Shown: positions 55,858 to 64,000 of the stretch, one piece after another | Numbering within the stretch: position 1 is the stretch's first letter | Layout of the letters: each line of letters begins with the position of its first letter | Assembly: GCA_902627595.1 (NCBI GenBank) | Contig: CACOJO010000003.1 | Location: 12,306 to 76,305 of the forward strand | From: an uncultured SAR86 cluster bacterium | Lineage (GTDB): Bacteria > Pseudomonadota > Gammaproteobacteria > Magnimaribacterales > AG-339-G14 | Length of the DNA stretch: 64,000 nt | Direction of reading: 5' to 3' | Translations under genes and position numbers: made by a program | The notes under the pieces: generated by a model | The model's database searches: none | Told to the model about the DNA's origin: nothing | What the model saw: the letters and a program-made list of their open reading frames with translations, nothing else

Positions 55858-56559
55858 ATGAAAAAAAACCTCAACCATGTAGCAATTATCATGGATGGTA
55901 ATAACAGATGGGCAAAAAGTAGAGGACTCTCATCTAAAGAAGGCCACAAGGAAGGAGTAAAAAAGGCGAGACTTGCAGTTGAATGTGCATTAGAAAACAA
56001 AATTCATTTTCTAACTCTATTTGCATTCAGCACAGAAAATTGGCTAAGAGATGAAGTTGAAGTAAAAGATTTGATCTCTTTATTCTTTGAGGCATTAGAA
56101 GAGCAAACTCCTAAGTTGATTGATGAAAATGTTAAATTAAACTTTATCGGAGATATATCAAGATTTAATAAGAAACTTATTAAGCAGATAGAGAGATCTG
56201 AAAAAGATACAAAAAAATATACTCCTAAATTGAATCTAATAATTGCAGCAAGTTACGGAGGAAGATGGGATATTCTGAATGCTGCAAATAAGTTTTACTC
56301 CGACTCCAAAAATAAAAACGTAAATCTAGATGAGTCAAATTTACAAAATTACTTAGAAACAAAAAATTATCCCGATCCAGATTTGATTATTCGCACCGGC
56401 GGAGAAAAAAGACTCAGTAATTTTTATTTGTGGCAATCATCCTATTCTGAACTTTATTTTTCGGAAAAATACTGGCCTGATTTTGAAAAAGGTGACTTTA
56501 AGATAGCTATAGAAGATTTTCATAAGCGTAAAAGGAAATATGGAGCGGAGTCAGGATAA
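55858..56559 (+). CDS. uppS: Undecaprenyl diphosphate synthase
   Basis: HVAIIMDGNNRWA, AFSTENW, IRTGGEKRLSNF. Confidence 0.97.
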   Translation: MKKNLNHVAIIMDGNNRWAKSRGLSSKEGHKEGVKKARLAVECALENKIHFLTLFAFSTENWLRDEVEVKDLISLFFEALEEQTPKLIDENVKLNFIGDISRFNKKLIKQIERSEKDTKKYTPKLNLIIAASYGGRWDILNAANKFYSDSKNKNVNLDESNLQNYLETKNYPDPDLIIRTGGEKRLSNFYLWQSSYSELYFSEKYWPDFEKGDFKIAIEDFHKRKRKYGAESG

Positions 56560-56561
56560 CT

Positions 56562-57242
56562 ATGAAAAGAATTTTCACTGGTTTAATCCTCGGCTTTGCT
56601 GCTCTTTTATTTGTCTTCTATACAGAAGATATTTTCTTTGAAGTTATTCTATATGCCATCTTAGCTTTTTCAATTTATGAACTGATTAAAAATAAAAGAA
56701 AAGTTAATTTATTTATTTGGATTATTTTAGTTGCGATTTTAATTAACATTATTTTGGTTCAATTAATAAATGACTCCTTTTCAAGAGCAATGTTTTTTTC
56801 TGCTTTGATTATCTCTGTTCTTTCTGATGTTTTTGCTTTAGTTTTTGGCAGGCTCTTTGGGAAAAATTATATTTTTCCAGAGATAAGTCCAAATAAAACT
56901 TTGGAAGGAACAATTTTTGGCTTATTTTTACCTGGCCTGATAATTTTAACTTTTTCTTTTTTATTCACAGAAAACATAATTCCTGGAATTACATATTTTA
57001 ACTATTACTTTTCTTATCTTTCATTAATAAATCAATCAGGCTATTACACGACTTTTTTTGTAATCACTTTTTGCTCTTTGATAAGTATTTTTGGAGATTT
57101 AATTGCTAGTAAATCAAAAAGACTAATGAATATTAAGGATTTTGGAAGCTTGCTCCCTGGTCACGGCGGAATTTTGGACCGAATAGATAGCCATTTATTT
57201 TGTATTCCATTATTTTTATTTCTTAACTATTTGACTCTATGA
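56562..57242 (+). CDS. cdsA: Phosphatidate cytidylyltransferase
   Basis: ISPNKTLEG, KDFGSLLPGHGGILDRIDS. Confidence 0.95.
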   Translation: MKRIFTGLILGFAALLFVFYTEDIFFEVILYAILAFSIYELIKNKRKVNLFIWIILVAILINIILVQLINDSFSRAMFFSALIISVLSDVFALVFGRLFGKNYIFPEISPNKTLEGTIFGLFLPGLIILTFSFLFTENIIPGITYFNYYFSYLSLINQSGYYTTFFVITFCSLISIFGDLIASKSKRLMNIKDFGSLLPGHGGILDRIDSHLFCIPLFLFLNYLTL

Positions 57243-58384
57243 GGAAAATTATAATTTTAGGATCTACCGGATCAGTTGGAAAAGCTGCTTTCGATTTTAT
57301 TAGTAAAAATAAAAAAGATTTTGAGGTTGTATGTTTAGTTGCCTCTTCAAATGAAAAAGTTATAAATAAGCAAGCTGAAAAATATGTAAATTGCAAAACA
57401 TATTTAGAAAATCCTAAAAAAGCAAATTACTCAAAAAAGTCATTAACAAAGGATAAGCTTTTAGAGCTTATTGCAAGTAATAAAGTTGACACTGTAATTG
57501 CAGCAATTTCAGGATCAAAGGGACTAGATCTTATTCATCATTCTATTTCTTGTGGCAAAAGAGTTTTGATTGCAAACAAAGAGCCTTTGGTAATGGCTGG
57601 TGAGTTTTTAATAAATGAAACGCAGAAAAGTGGAGCTGAAATTATTCCTATTGACTCTGAACACTGTGCAATTCATCAGATTATTAAAGGCAGAGATTTA
57701 GATAGTATTTCAAAAATTATACTTACTTGTTCGGGCGGTCCATTTCATTCCTTGTCTCGCAATAAGTTCAAGGTAATTACTAAAAAACAGGCTTTAAACC
57801 ATCCAGTATGGAAAATGGGAAGCAAAATTACAATTGACTCATCAACTCTTATGAATAAAGCACTTGAAATAATTGAGGCTAAGTTTTTGTTTGAAATAGA
57901 GCACAAAAAAATTGAGGCAATTATTCATCCTGAGAGTTTAATACATTCTTTTGTAGAGTTTGATGATGGAACAATTTTAGCATCTATGGCCGAGCCAGAT
58001 ATGAAAATACCAATTTCATACGGACTGTCTTATCCTAAAACTAAAAAAAATGGTTTAAAAAAAATTGATATGACTCAGTTAAAAGAACTTACTTTTAAAA
58101 AAATTGACCGAATAAAATTTCCATCAATAGATTTTGCTTACTTTGCTATTGAGAAAGGTAAGGGAATGCCAATCTTTTTAAATGCTGCTAATGAGGTGGC
58201 TGTAAATCATTTTTTGAAGGACAATATACAATTCCTTGATATTTATAGACTTATCTCTGTGGTTTTGGAATATGCAGATAAAAACAATATAAAGTTGAGT
58301 TCTGTATCATTGGAGTCAATACAAGATTTTAATAAAGAAGCAATAAAAATATCTAATCATATTTCAGAACAATTAATTAAATGA
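57239..58384 (+). CDS. dxr: 1-deoxy-D-xylulose-5-phosphate reductoisomerase
   Basis: LGSTGSVG, ANKE, PIDSEH, HPVWKMGSKITIDS. Confidence 0.97.
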   Translation: MRKIIILGSTGSVGKAAFDFISKNKKDFEVVCLVASSNEKVINKQAEKYVNCKTYLENPKKANYSKKSLTKDKLLELIASNKVDTVIAAISGSKGLDLIHHSISCGKRVLIANKEPLVMAGEFLINETQKSGAEIIPIDSEHCAIHQIIKGRDLDSISKIILTCSGGPFHSLSRNKFKVITKKQALNHPVWKMGSKITIDSSTLMNKALEIIEAKFLFEIEHKKIEAIIHPESLIHSFVEFDDGTILASMAEPDMKIPISYGLSYPKTKKNGLKKIDMTQLKELTFKKIDRIKFPSIDFAYFAIEKGKGMPIFLNAANEVAVNHFLKDNIQFLDIYRLISVVLEYADKNNIKLSSVSLESIQDFNKEAIKISNHISEQLIK

Positions 58385-59712
58385 TTTTTTTTACCTACTT
58401 ACTCTCTTTTTTAACCCTAATCTCTATCATTGTTTTTATTCATGAGCTTGGGCATTTTTTCTTTGCTAGGCTCTTCGGTGTAAGAGTATTGGACTTTTCC
58501 ATTGGATTTGGAAAGTCTGTTAAAAGCTGGCAAACAAAAAAAAATACAATTTTTAATCTAAGAGTCTTGCCCTTTGGGGGATACGTAAAAATGCATGGAG
58601 AAGAGTCCTTAGACAAATCACGAGAAAGTGACTCCTATAATTCTAAAAAATATTACCAGAAACTTCTAATTACCTTAGGAGGACCTTTGTTTAACTTTAT
58701 TTTGGCATTGGTAATATTTTTTTCTATAAATTTATATGGAGTTTATAAAATTTCTCCAATTATAGGAGACGTTATACCCAGCTCTGATGCTCAAATAATC
58801 GGCTTGCAGAAAAATGATGAAATTCTAGAAATAGATGATATTAAAATAAGCTCATATTCAGACGCACAAGTTGCTCTTTCAAAAAGACTTGGGGATACAG
58901 GTTTAATTTCCTTTAAAGTAAAAAGAGGACAAAATTTTTCTTCTCATAAAATCGATATTAAAGACTGGCTAAACACCGAACAACCATCAAATTTATTAGC
59001 AATTTTGGGAATCGTTCCACCTCTCGAACCAATCATAGGAGAAGTAATTAATTCAAGCCCAGCTGAAAATGGTGGGATAGTTTCAGGCGATAAAATCATT
59101 CAGATAAACAATAGTAAAATATTTTTTTGGTCTGATATAAAGAAGCAGATCAATGACTCAGGCGGCAACGAAATAGAAATTAAGGTCTTGAGAAACCAGA
59201 AAGAAATAGATCTACTTATCAAGCCAGTTTTATCTGAGGACAATTTCAATTGGCAAATAGGAATTACATCATCATATGTTTTAAATTCAAATATTAGAAA
59301 GTTTAAAAGTTATGGTATTTTAGAGTCTCTTGCTAATTCATTTAGACAAACTTATGAAGTAGTTCAAAATTCTATTTTATTTATTGGCAAGATGATCTCA
59401 GGTTCAATTTCTCCAAAGAATCTAGGAGGTCCGGTTATGATTGGTCAATATGCAGGTGAGTCTGTAATTTATGGTGGCTTATATTCTTTTATATATTTGA
59501 TTGCATTCATTAGCATTAGCCTTGGCATTGTTAATCTTCTTCCTTTGCCTGTTCTTGATGGAGGACAAGCTTTAATTCTTACAGTTGAGAGATTGATAGG
59601 GAGAGATTTGCCTAATTGGCTTTTAGAGTTTTTTTATAAAATAGGGACAGCAACACTTATCTTTATTTTTATATTCGTTTTTTTCAACGATATTTTTAGA
59701 ATTTTGAGTTGA
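58381..59712 (+). CDS. rseP: Intramembrane metalloprotease RseP
   Basis: HELGH, GGYVKM, two PDZ-like segments, NLLPLPVLDGG. Confidence 0.96.
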   Translation: MIFFTYLLSFLTLISIIVFIHELGHFFFARLFGVRVLDFSIGFGKSVKSWQTKKNTIFNLRVLPFGGYVKMHGEESLDKSRESDSYNSKKYYQKLLITLGGPLFNFILALVIFFSINLYGVYKISPIIGDVIPSSDAQIIGLQKNDEILEIDDIKISSYSDAQVALSKRLGDTGLISFKVKRGQNFSSHKIDIKDWLNTEQPSNLLAILGIVPPLEPIIGEVINSSPAENGGIVSGDKIIQINNSKIFFWSDIKKQINDSGGNEIEIKVLRNQKEIDLLIKPVLSEDNFNWQIGITSSYVLNSNIRKFKSYGILESLANSFRQTYEVVQNSILFIGKMISGSISPKNLGGPVMIGQYAGESVIYGGLYSFIYLIAFISISLGIVNLLPLPVLDGGQALILTVERLIGRDLPNWLLEFFYKIGTATLIFIFIFVFFNDIFRILS

Positions 59713-59722
59713 TGAGATAAAT

Positions 59723-62047
59723 ATGAAATCTATTTTATTTATATTTTTAATTCTTTTTTCTTCTTTGAGTTTAAGTCAAGATGAAGACTCGTGGGTAATT
59801 GACGATATAAGAATTTCTGGATTACAAAGAGTTTCTGCAGGTAGTGTCTTTGCAGTAATGCCACTCGGGCTGGGCGATCTTATAAATGCTGAAAAATTTA
59901 AAGAAATTACACTTTCAATTTTTGAGACAGGAAAATTTGACGATATAAAATTAGGACGGGATGGGAATGCTCTTCTCATAGACCTGGTCGAAAGACCCAC
60001 AATTGATGAAATTTTCATAGAAGGGAACAAACAAATTAAAACTGATGCTTTACTTGACGGGCTTAAAAAATCTGGAATTTCTGAAGGCTCACTTTATAAA
60101 AGATCCGTTTTTGAAAGCTTGAGTGTTGAACTTGAAAGACAATACTCATCACAGGGAAAGTATTCTGCCTCTGTCGAAGTAAAGACTGAAAATTTACCAA
60201 AAAATAGAATTAAATTATCAGTAATTATTGATGAGGGGCAGTCGGCTTCTTTGATGAAAATAAATATAGTTGGCAACACAGTATTTTCCGATGAAGAAAT
60301 TATTGATGAATTTAAGCTAAAAGAAAAAAATTGGCTTTCTGTATTCAGCAGAGGTTCTGGCTATTCTAGGGAAAATCTTAAGGGGGATTTAGAGACTCTA
60401 GAGTCAATTTATAAAAATAATGGTTATTTAAAATTTGACGTACTTTCCACGATAGTTTCAATTTCAAAAGATAAAAAAGATTTATTTCTCACAATTAAGG
60501 TAAACGAAGGGGAAGTCTATAAAGTGAATGAAGTAAAGCTTGCAGGCGATCTAGAAGAAAAAGAATTATTCGTAAGAAGTTTAATTGCAATTCCTATTAA
60601 TGAAATTTACATAGAGGGCATTCTCAAGGCTACAGAAGACAATATAACTTATTTACTGGAAAATTTAGGCTATACAAATGCCGAGGTTTCTACATCAAAA
60701 GATATAAACGAAGAGGACAAAACCGTTTCTCTTACATTATTTGTCGATCCTGGACAAAGAACCATGGTCAACAGAATAGTTTTTGAAGGAAATGAGAGAA
60801 CTCATGATGTTGTTTTAAGAAGAGAAATGAGGCAAATGGAGAAAAGTTGGGTCTCTAACAATCTTCTGGAAACATCAAAATTAAGGTTAAACAGACTGGG
60901 TTTTTTTAAAAATGTTGATTATGAGAAAAAACAAGTTCCAGGTTCTCAAGACGAAGTAGATATAGTTTTTACTGTTGAGGAACAATATTCAGGTTCAATA
61001 GGGGGATCTCTAGGTTACGGCGCATATGGTCTCAGCTTAGGGGCAAATTATTCTGAAAAAAATGCTTTTGGAACCGGAAATTCTGTTTCTGTGGGAATAA
61101 ATTACAGTGAATGGAGACAAGATATATCTTTTAACTTCTTTGATCCATATTTCACAATCGATGGAATTGGTCTTGGATATGGTGCTTATTATAGAAAAAC
61201 GGATTATGGGAGTTTTAATATTGCTGCTTACAATACCGACTCTTATGGGGGTAATGTAACTTTTAAGCTGCCTATTAGCGAAATAGAGCAACTTGGGCTT
61301 TCTTTGGAATTGGATAATACTAAACTTAAAACAAACTTATATAGTTCAAGACAACTTCAAGATTTTTACAATTCTGAAGGTTTTAATTTTGATACTATAA
61401 CTGCCGCTATTAGTTGGGCTGAGATTACTCTTGATAGAGGTATCTTCCCTACAAACGGAATGAGCAATACCATTTCTTTAAATTTTACCTTACCGGGAAG
61501 CAATTTAAATTACGGACGTTTTATTCATGATCTTAAATTATTCAGGCCTTTACCACTTGGATTGATATTTGGTTACAGATCTAGAATTGGAGCTCTTTTT
61601 ACTTACGGGGACACTGAGACAGCGCCTCCTTATCAACATTTCTACGCTGGAGGAATGAGATCTGTAAGAGGATTTAAGCAAAATTATCTAGGACCAAAAG
61701 CGTCTTATAACACCGGATTTGGTCCAAGTAATCCAAGACCTATCGGAGGAACATATAGTTTGACCGGAGGGCTGGATTTAATTATTCCACTTAATTTCGT
61801 TCCAGATCCTAGGTCAATTAGAGGCTCTGTATTTCTGGATTATGGAAATGTTTTTAGCGATGGCTGTAAATCTTATGAGGTAAATTGCTTTGAATTTGAT
61901 TTTTCCGAATTAAGATATTCAATAGGTGTGGGAATTACATGGATTACTGCTTTAGGCCCATTATCATTTGCCATAGCATCTGTATTTAACGACTCGCCTA
62001 ATGATAGAACTGAAACTTTTCAATTTGAAATAGGCACGCAATTTTAA
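59723..62047 (+). CDS. bamA: Outer membrane protein assembly factor BamA
   Basis: POTRA repeats (DIRISGLQRV), VRGF motif, C-terminal FQFEIGTQF. Confidence 0.97.
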   Translation: MKSILFIFLILFSSLSLSQDEDSWVIDDIRISGLQRVSAGSVFAVMPLGLGDLINAEKFKEITLSIFETGKFDDIKLGRDGNALLIDLVERPTIDEIFIEGNKQIKTDALLDGLKKSGISEGSLYKRSVFESLSVELERQYSSQGKYSASVEVKTENLPKNRIKLSVIIDEGQSASLMKINIVGNTVFSDEEIIDEFKLKEKNWLSVFSRGSGYSRENLKGDLETLESIYKNNGYLKFDVLSTIVSISKDKKDLFLTIKVNEGEVYKVNEVKLAGDLEEKELFVRSLIAIPINEIYIEGILKATEDNITYLLENLGYTNAEVSTSKDINEEDKTVSLTLFVDPGQRTMVNRIVFEGNERTHDVVLRREMRQMEKSWVSNNLLETSKLRLNRLGFFKNVDYEKKQVPGSQDEVDIVFTVEEQYSGSIGGSLGYGAYGLSLGANYSEKNAFGTGNSVSVGINYSEWRQDISFNFFDPYFTIDGIGLGYGAYYRKTDYGSFNIAAYNTDSYGGNVTFKLPISEIEQLGLSLELDNTKLKTNLYSSRQLQDFYNSEGFNFDTITAAISWAEITLDRGIFPTNGMSNTISLNFTLPGSNLNYGRFIHDLKLFRPLPLGLIFGYRSRIGALFTYGDTETAPPYQHFYAGGMRSVRGFKQNYLGPKASYNTGFGPSNPRPIGGTYSLTGGLDLIIPLNFVPDPRSIRGSVFLDYGNVFSDGCKSYEVNCFEFDFSELRYSIGVGITWITALGPLSFAIASVFNDSPNDRTETFQFEIGTQF

Positions 62048-62128
62048 AAAAAATAGGAATTTTCTGTTTCAAAAAGGTAAACTTCACTACTTTTTGATTT
62101 AATATGACTATTTAGGGAAGGAGTTAAT

Positions 62129-62653
62129 ATGAAAAACATTAAAAATATAGTTATCTTTTCATCTTTATTACTTTTTGGAAATTCTGCTTTATTATCCGAG
62201 GGCATTGCTGTAATAGATTACAATGCAATTTTCTTAGGTACAGACCTTGCTAGAGAAAGGATTGATGATTTAAGGGACTCATCGGATTACAAGGAATTAA
62301 CTGATGAAGCTCAAGCTAAAGACAGTGAACGAATAAAATTAGCTGAAAAGTTAAAAAAAGATGAGGCAACTCTTTCCGATGCTGAGAAAGAAGAAATGCT
62401 CAAAAAAATTCAAACTCTATATCAAAGTATTCAACTACTATCACAGCAAATCCAAGCTAAAGAACAAGAAGTTACTCAAAAACTTCAGGCAGATCAGGCT
62501 GAAGTTGTTCAAAAGGTTGTTAATGAACTTATAAAAGCAAAAAAAATTAAAATGCTTCTTAACTCTCAGGCTCTGTTAGCTTTTGATAGGTCAGATGAAA
62601 AAATAAATTTAACCCCTGAAGTTGTAGATTTAATAAATAAAGAACAGAAATAA
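62129..62653 (+). CDS. skp: OmpH/Skp family periplasmic chaperone
   Basis: Signal peptide, IAVID, coiled coil, NLTPEV; between bamA and lpxD. Confidence 0.85.
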   Translation: MKNIKNIVIFSSLLLFGNSALLSEGIAVIDYNAIFLGTDLARERIDDLRDSSDYKELTDEAQAKDSERIKLAEKLKKDEATLSDAEKEEMLKKIQTLYQSIQLLSQQIQAKEQEVTQKLQADQAEVVQKVVNELIKAKKIKMLLNSQALLAFDRSDEKINLTPEVVDLINKEQK

Positions 62654-62662
62654 ATACTTAAT

Positions 62663-63637
62663 TTGTCAAAAAATAAATATAAGTTATCAGAAATAGCTAA
62701 TTATTTAGATGGAGAATTAATTGGAGAGCCTACAAAGGAAATTGTCGAGATAAGTCCCTTAAGGGAAGCAAAAGAAGGTTCCATATCTTTTATTTATAAT
62801 AAAAAATTTCTAAAAGAACTCAAGCATACAGAGGCATCTGCGGTCCTCTTACCCGAAGAATTTAAGAAACTTTGCAATGTCGACTGTATTGTTGTTAAAA
62901 ATCCGCATGTTGCTTATGCAAAACTTACACAATTATTTAATCTTAAAAATAGAATAAATTCTTTGAAAGACTGTTCTGAAAAATTTTTGTCATCAAAAGA
63001 TTTAAAGATTGGTAATAATGTATTTATTGGGGAGAATGTAAAGATAGGAAAGGGCACTACTCTGAATCAAGGTTGTTTCATAGGAGATAATGTTGAAATT
63101 GGAGCCAATTCTTACTTATTTCCAAATGTTATTTTGTACCACTCAACTTTAATTGGTAAGGACAACATCATCCATGCAAATTCAGTTATAGGCTCGGATG
63201 GTTTGGGATTTGCAAAAAAAGAAGACACATGGGAAAAAATCGAGCACCTAGGCAATGTGGAACTTGAAGATGATGTTGAAATTGGCGCCGCTTGTACTAT
63301 CGATAGAGGATCTTTAGGGACCACTTTAATTAAAAAAGGAGTAAAACTAGATAACCAAGTTCACATTGCGCACAATTGCACTATTGGGAAAAATACAATT
63401 ATTGGAGCAAAAACAGCCATTGCTGGAAGTACTCTTATTGGCGATGATTGCTTGATTGGGGGAGGTTGTGGAATAGTTGATAATATAGAAATTGAAAGTA
63501 AAGTTAGGATTAATCCAATGACGTATATTACAAAATCAATTAAAGAGTCGGGAATATATTCAGGAGCAGGAGTTGTCTTGGAACATTCTAAATGGCTAAG
63601 GCATATTGCTATCCAAAAAAAGAATTTTAATGATTGA
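62663..63637 (+). CDS. lpxD: UDP-3-O-(3-hydroxyacyl)glucosamine N-acyltransferase
   Basis: Hexapeptide repeats, [27 protein letters not shown] start. Confidence 0.95.
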   Translation: MSKNKYKLSEIANYLDGELIGEPTKEIVEISPLREAKEGSISFIYNKKFLKELKHTEASAVLLPEEFKKLCNVDCIVVKNPHVAYAKLTQLFNLKNRINSLKDCSEKFLSSKDLKIGNNVFIGENVKIGKGTTLNQGCFIGDNVEIGANSYLFPNVILYHSTLIGKDNIIHANSVIGSDGLGFAKKEDTWEKIEHLGNVELEDDVEIGAACTIDRGSLGTTLIKKGVKLDNQVHIAHNCTIGKNTIIGAKTAIAGSTLIGDDCLIGGGCGIVDNIEIESKVRINPMTYITKSIKESGIYSGAGVVLEHSKWLRHIAIQKKNFND

Positions 63638-64000
63638 TATAGAAAAGATAAAAACGCTTCTTCCTCACAGATATCCTTTTCTTTTGGTAGATAGGGTAGA
63701 GAAACTTGTTGAGCATAAGTACATTCAGGCATACAAAAATGTAACAAACAGCGAACCGTTTTTCTTGGGACACTTCCCGAATAGATCTGTAATGCCAGGA
63801 GTACTTATACTGGAGGCTTTAGCTCAGGCTTCAGGAATTTTAGGTTTTGTTTCAATGAACAAAACTCCTGAAGAAGGATCTATGTACTATTTTGTAGGAG
63901 CAGATAAATTACGCTTTAAAAATCCGGTTATTCCTGGAGATAAGCTTACTCTTGAGTCAACAAAAATTTCTGAAAAATCTGGAATATGGAAATTTGAGTG
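63630..64000 (+). CDS. fabZ: 3-hydroxyacyl-ACP dehydratase FabZ, 5' part (runs off window end)
   Basis: Manual translation [22 protein letters not shown]...[25 protein letters not shown]. Confidence 0.96.
   Translation, partial: MIDIEKIKTLLPHRYPFLLVDRVEKLVEHKYIQAYKNVTNSEPFFLGHFPNRSVMPGVLILEALAQASGILGFVSMNKTPEEGSMYYFVGADKLRFKNPVIPGDKLTLESTKISEKSGIWKFE

Noticed and set aside
62055..62085. Possible sigmaE promoter before skp (GGAATT...)
   Set aside because: The -10 match is too weak to separate from AT-rich background.

Overview
AT-rich, very compact gammaproteobacterial core-genome region. Gene order and streamlining resemble a SAR86-like marine lineage (inference, not a database result). In order: secA (partial), lpxC, rlmB and rnr; rraA; a GH3/PA14 beta-glucosidase; an orphan membrane protein; tRNA-Thr(TGT) and birA; tRNA-Tyr, tRNA-Thr(GGT), tuf, tRNA-Trp, secE, nusG, rplKAJL, rpoBC, rpsL, rpsG and fusA (no second tuf after fusA); the fused S10-spc-alpha ribosomal protein block; uvrA and ssb; fabA and fabB; rplU, rpmA, obgE and proB; rpsT; a GT25 glycosyltransferase; tmRNA and smpB; an NSS transporter; bamE; fur, grpE, dnaK, dnaJ and dapB; rpsB, tsf, frr (no pyrH between tsf and frr), uppS, cdsA, dxr, rseP, bamA, skp, lpxD and fabZ (partial). 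I saw no IS, prophage, CRISPR array or defence system, and no new multi-gene system. The most unusual signals are at RNA-gene/CDS junctions. The first two bases of tRNA-Trp are the AG of the tuf TAG stop codon, so RNase P cleavage would leave the EF-Tu mRNA ending in a lone U, as in mitochondrial tRNA punctuation. The terminal A of the tmRNA CCA is the A of the GT25 start codon. Other observations are candidate leaderless genes, shared bidirectional -10 boxes, lost ribosomal protein autoregulatory leaders, a mini-ORF where pyrH normally sits, and a DnaJ with an eroded zinc centre.
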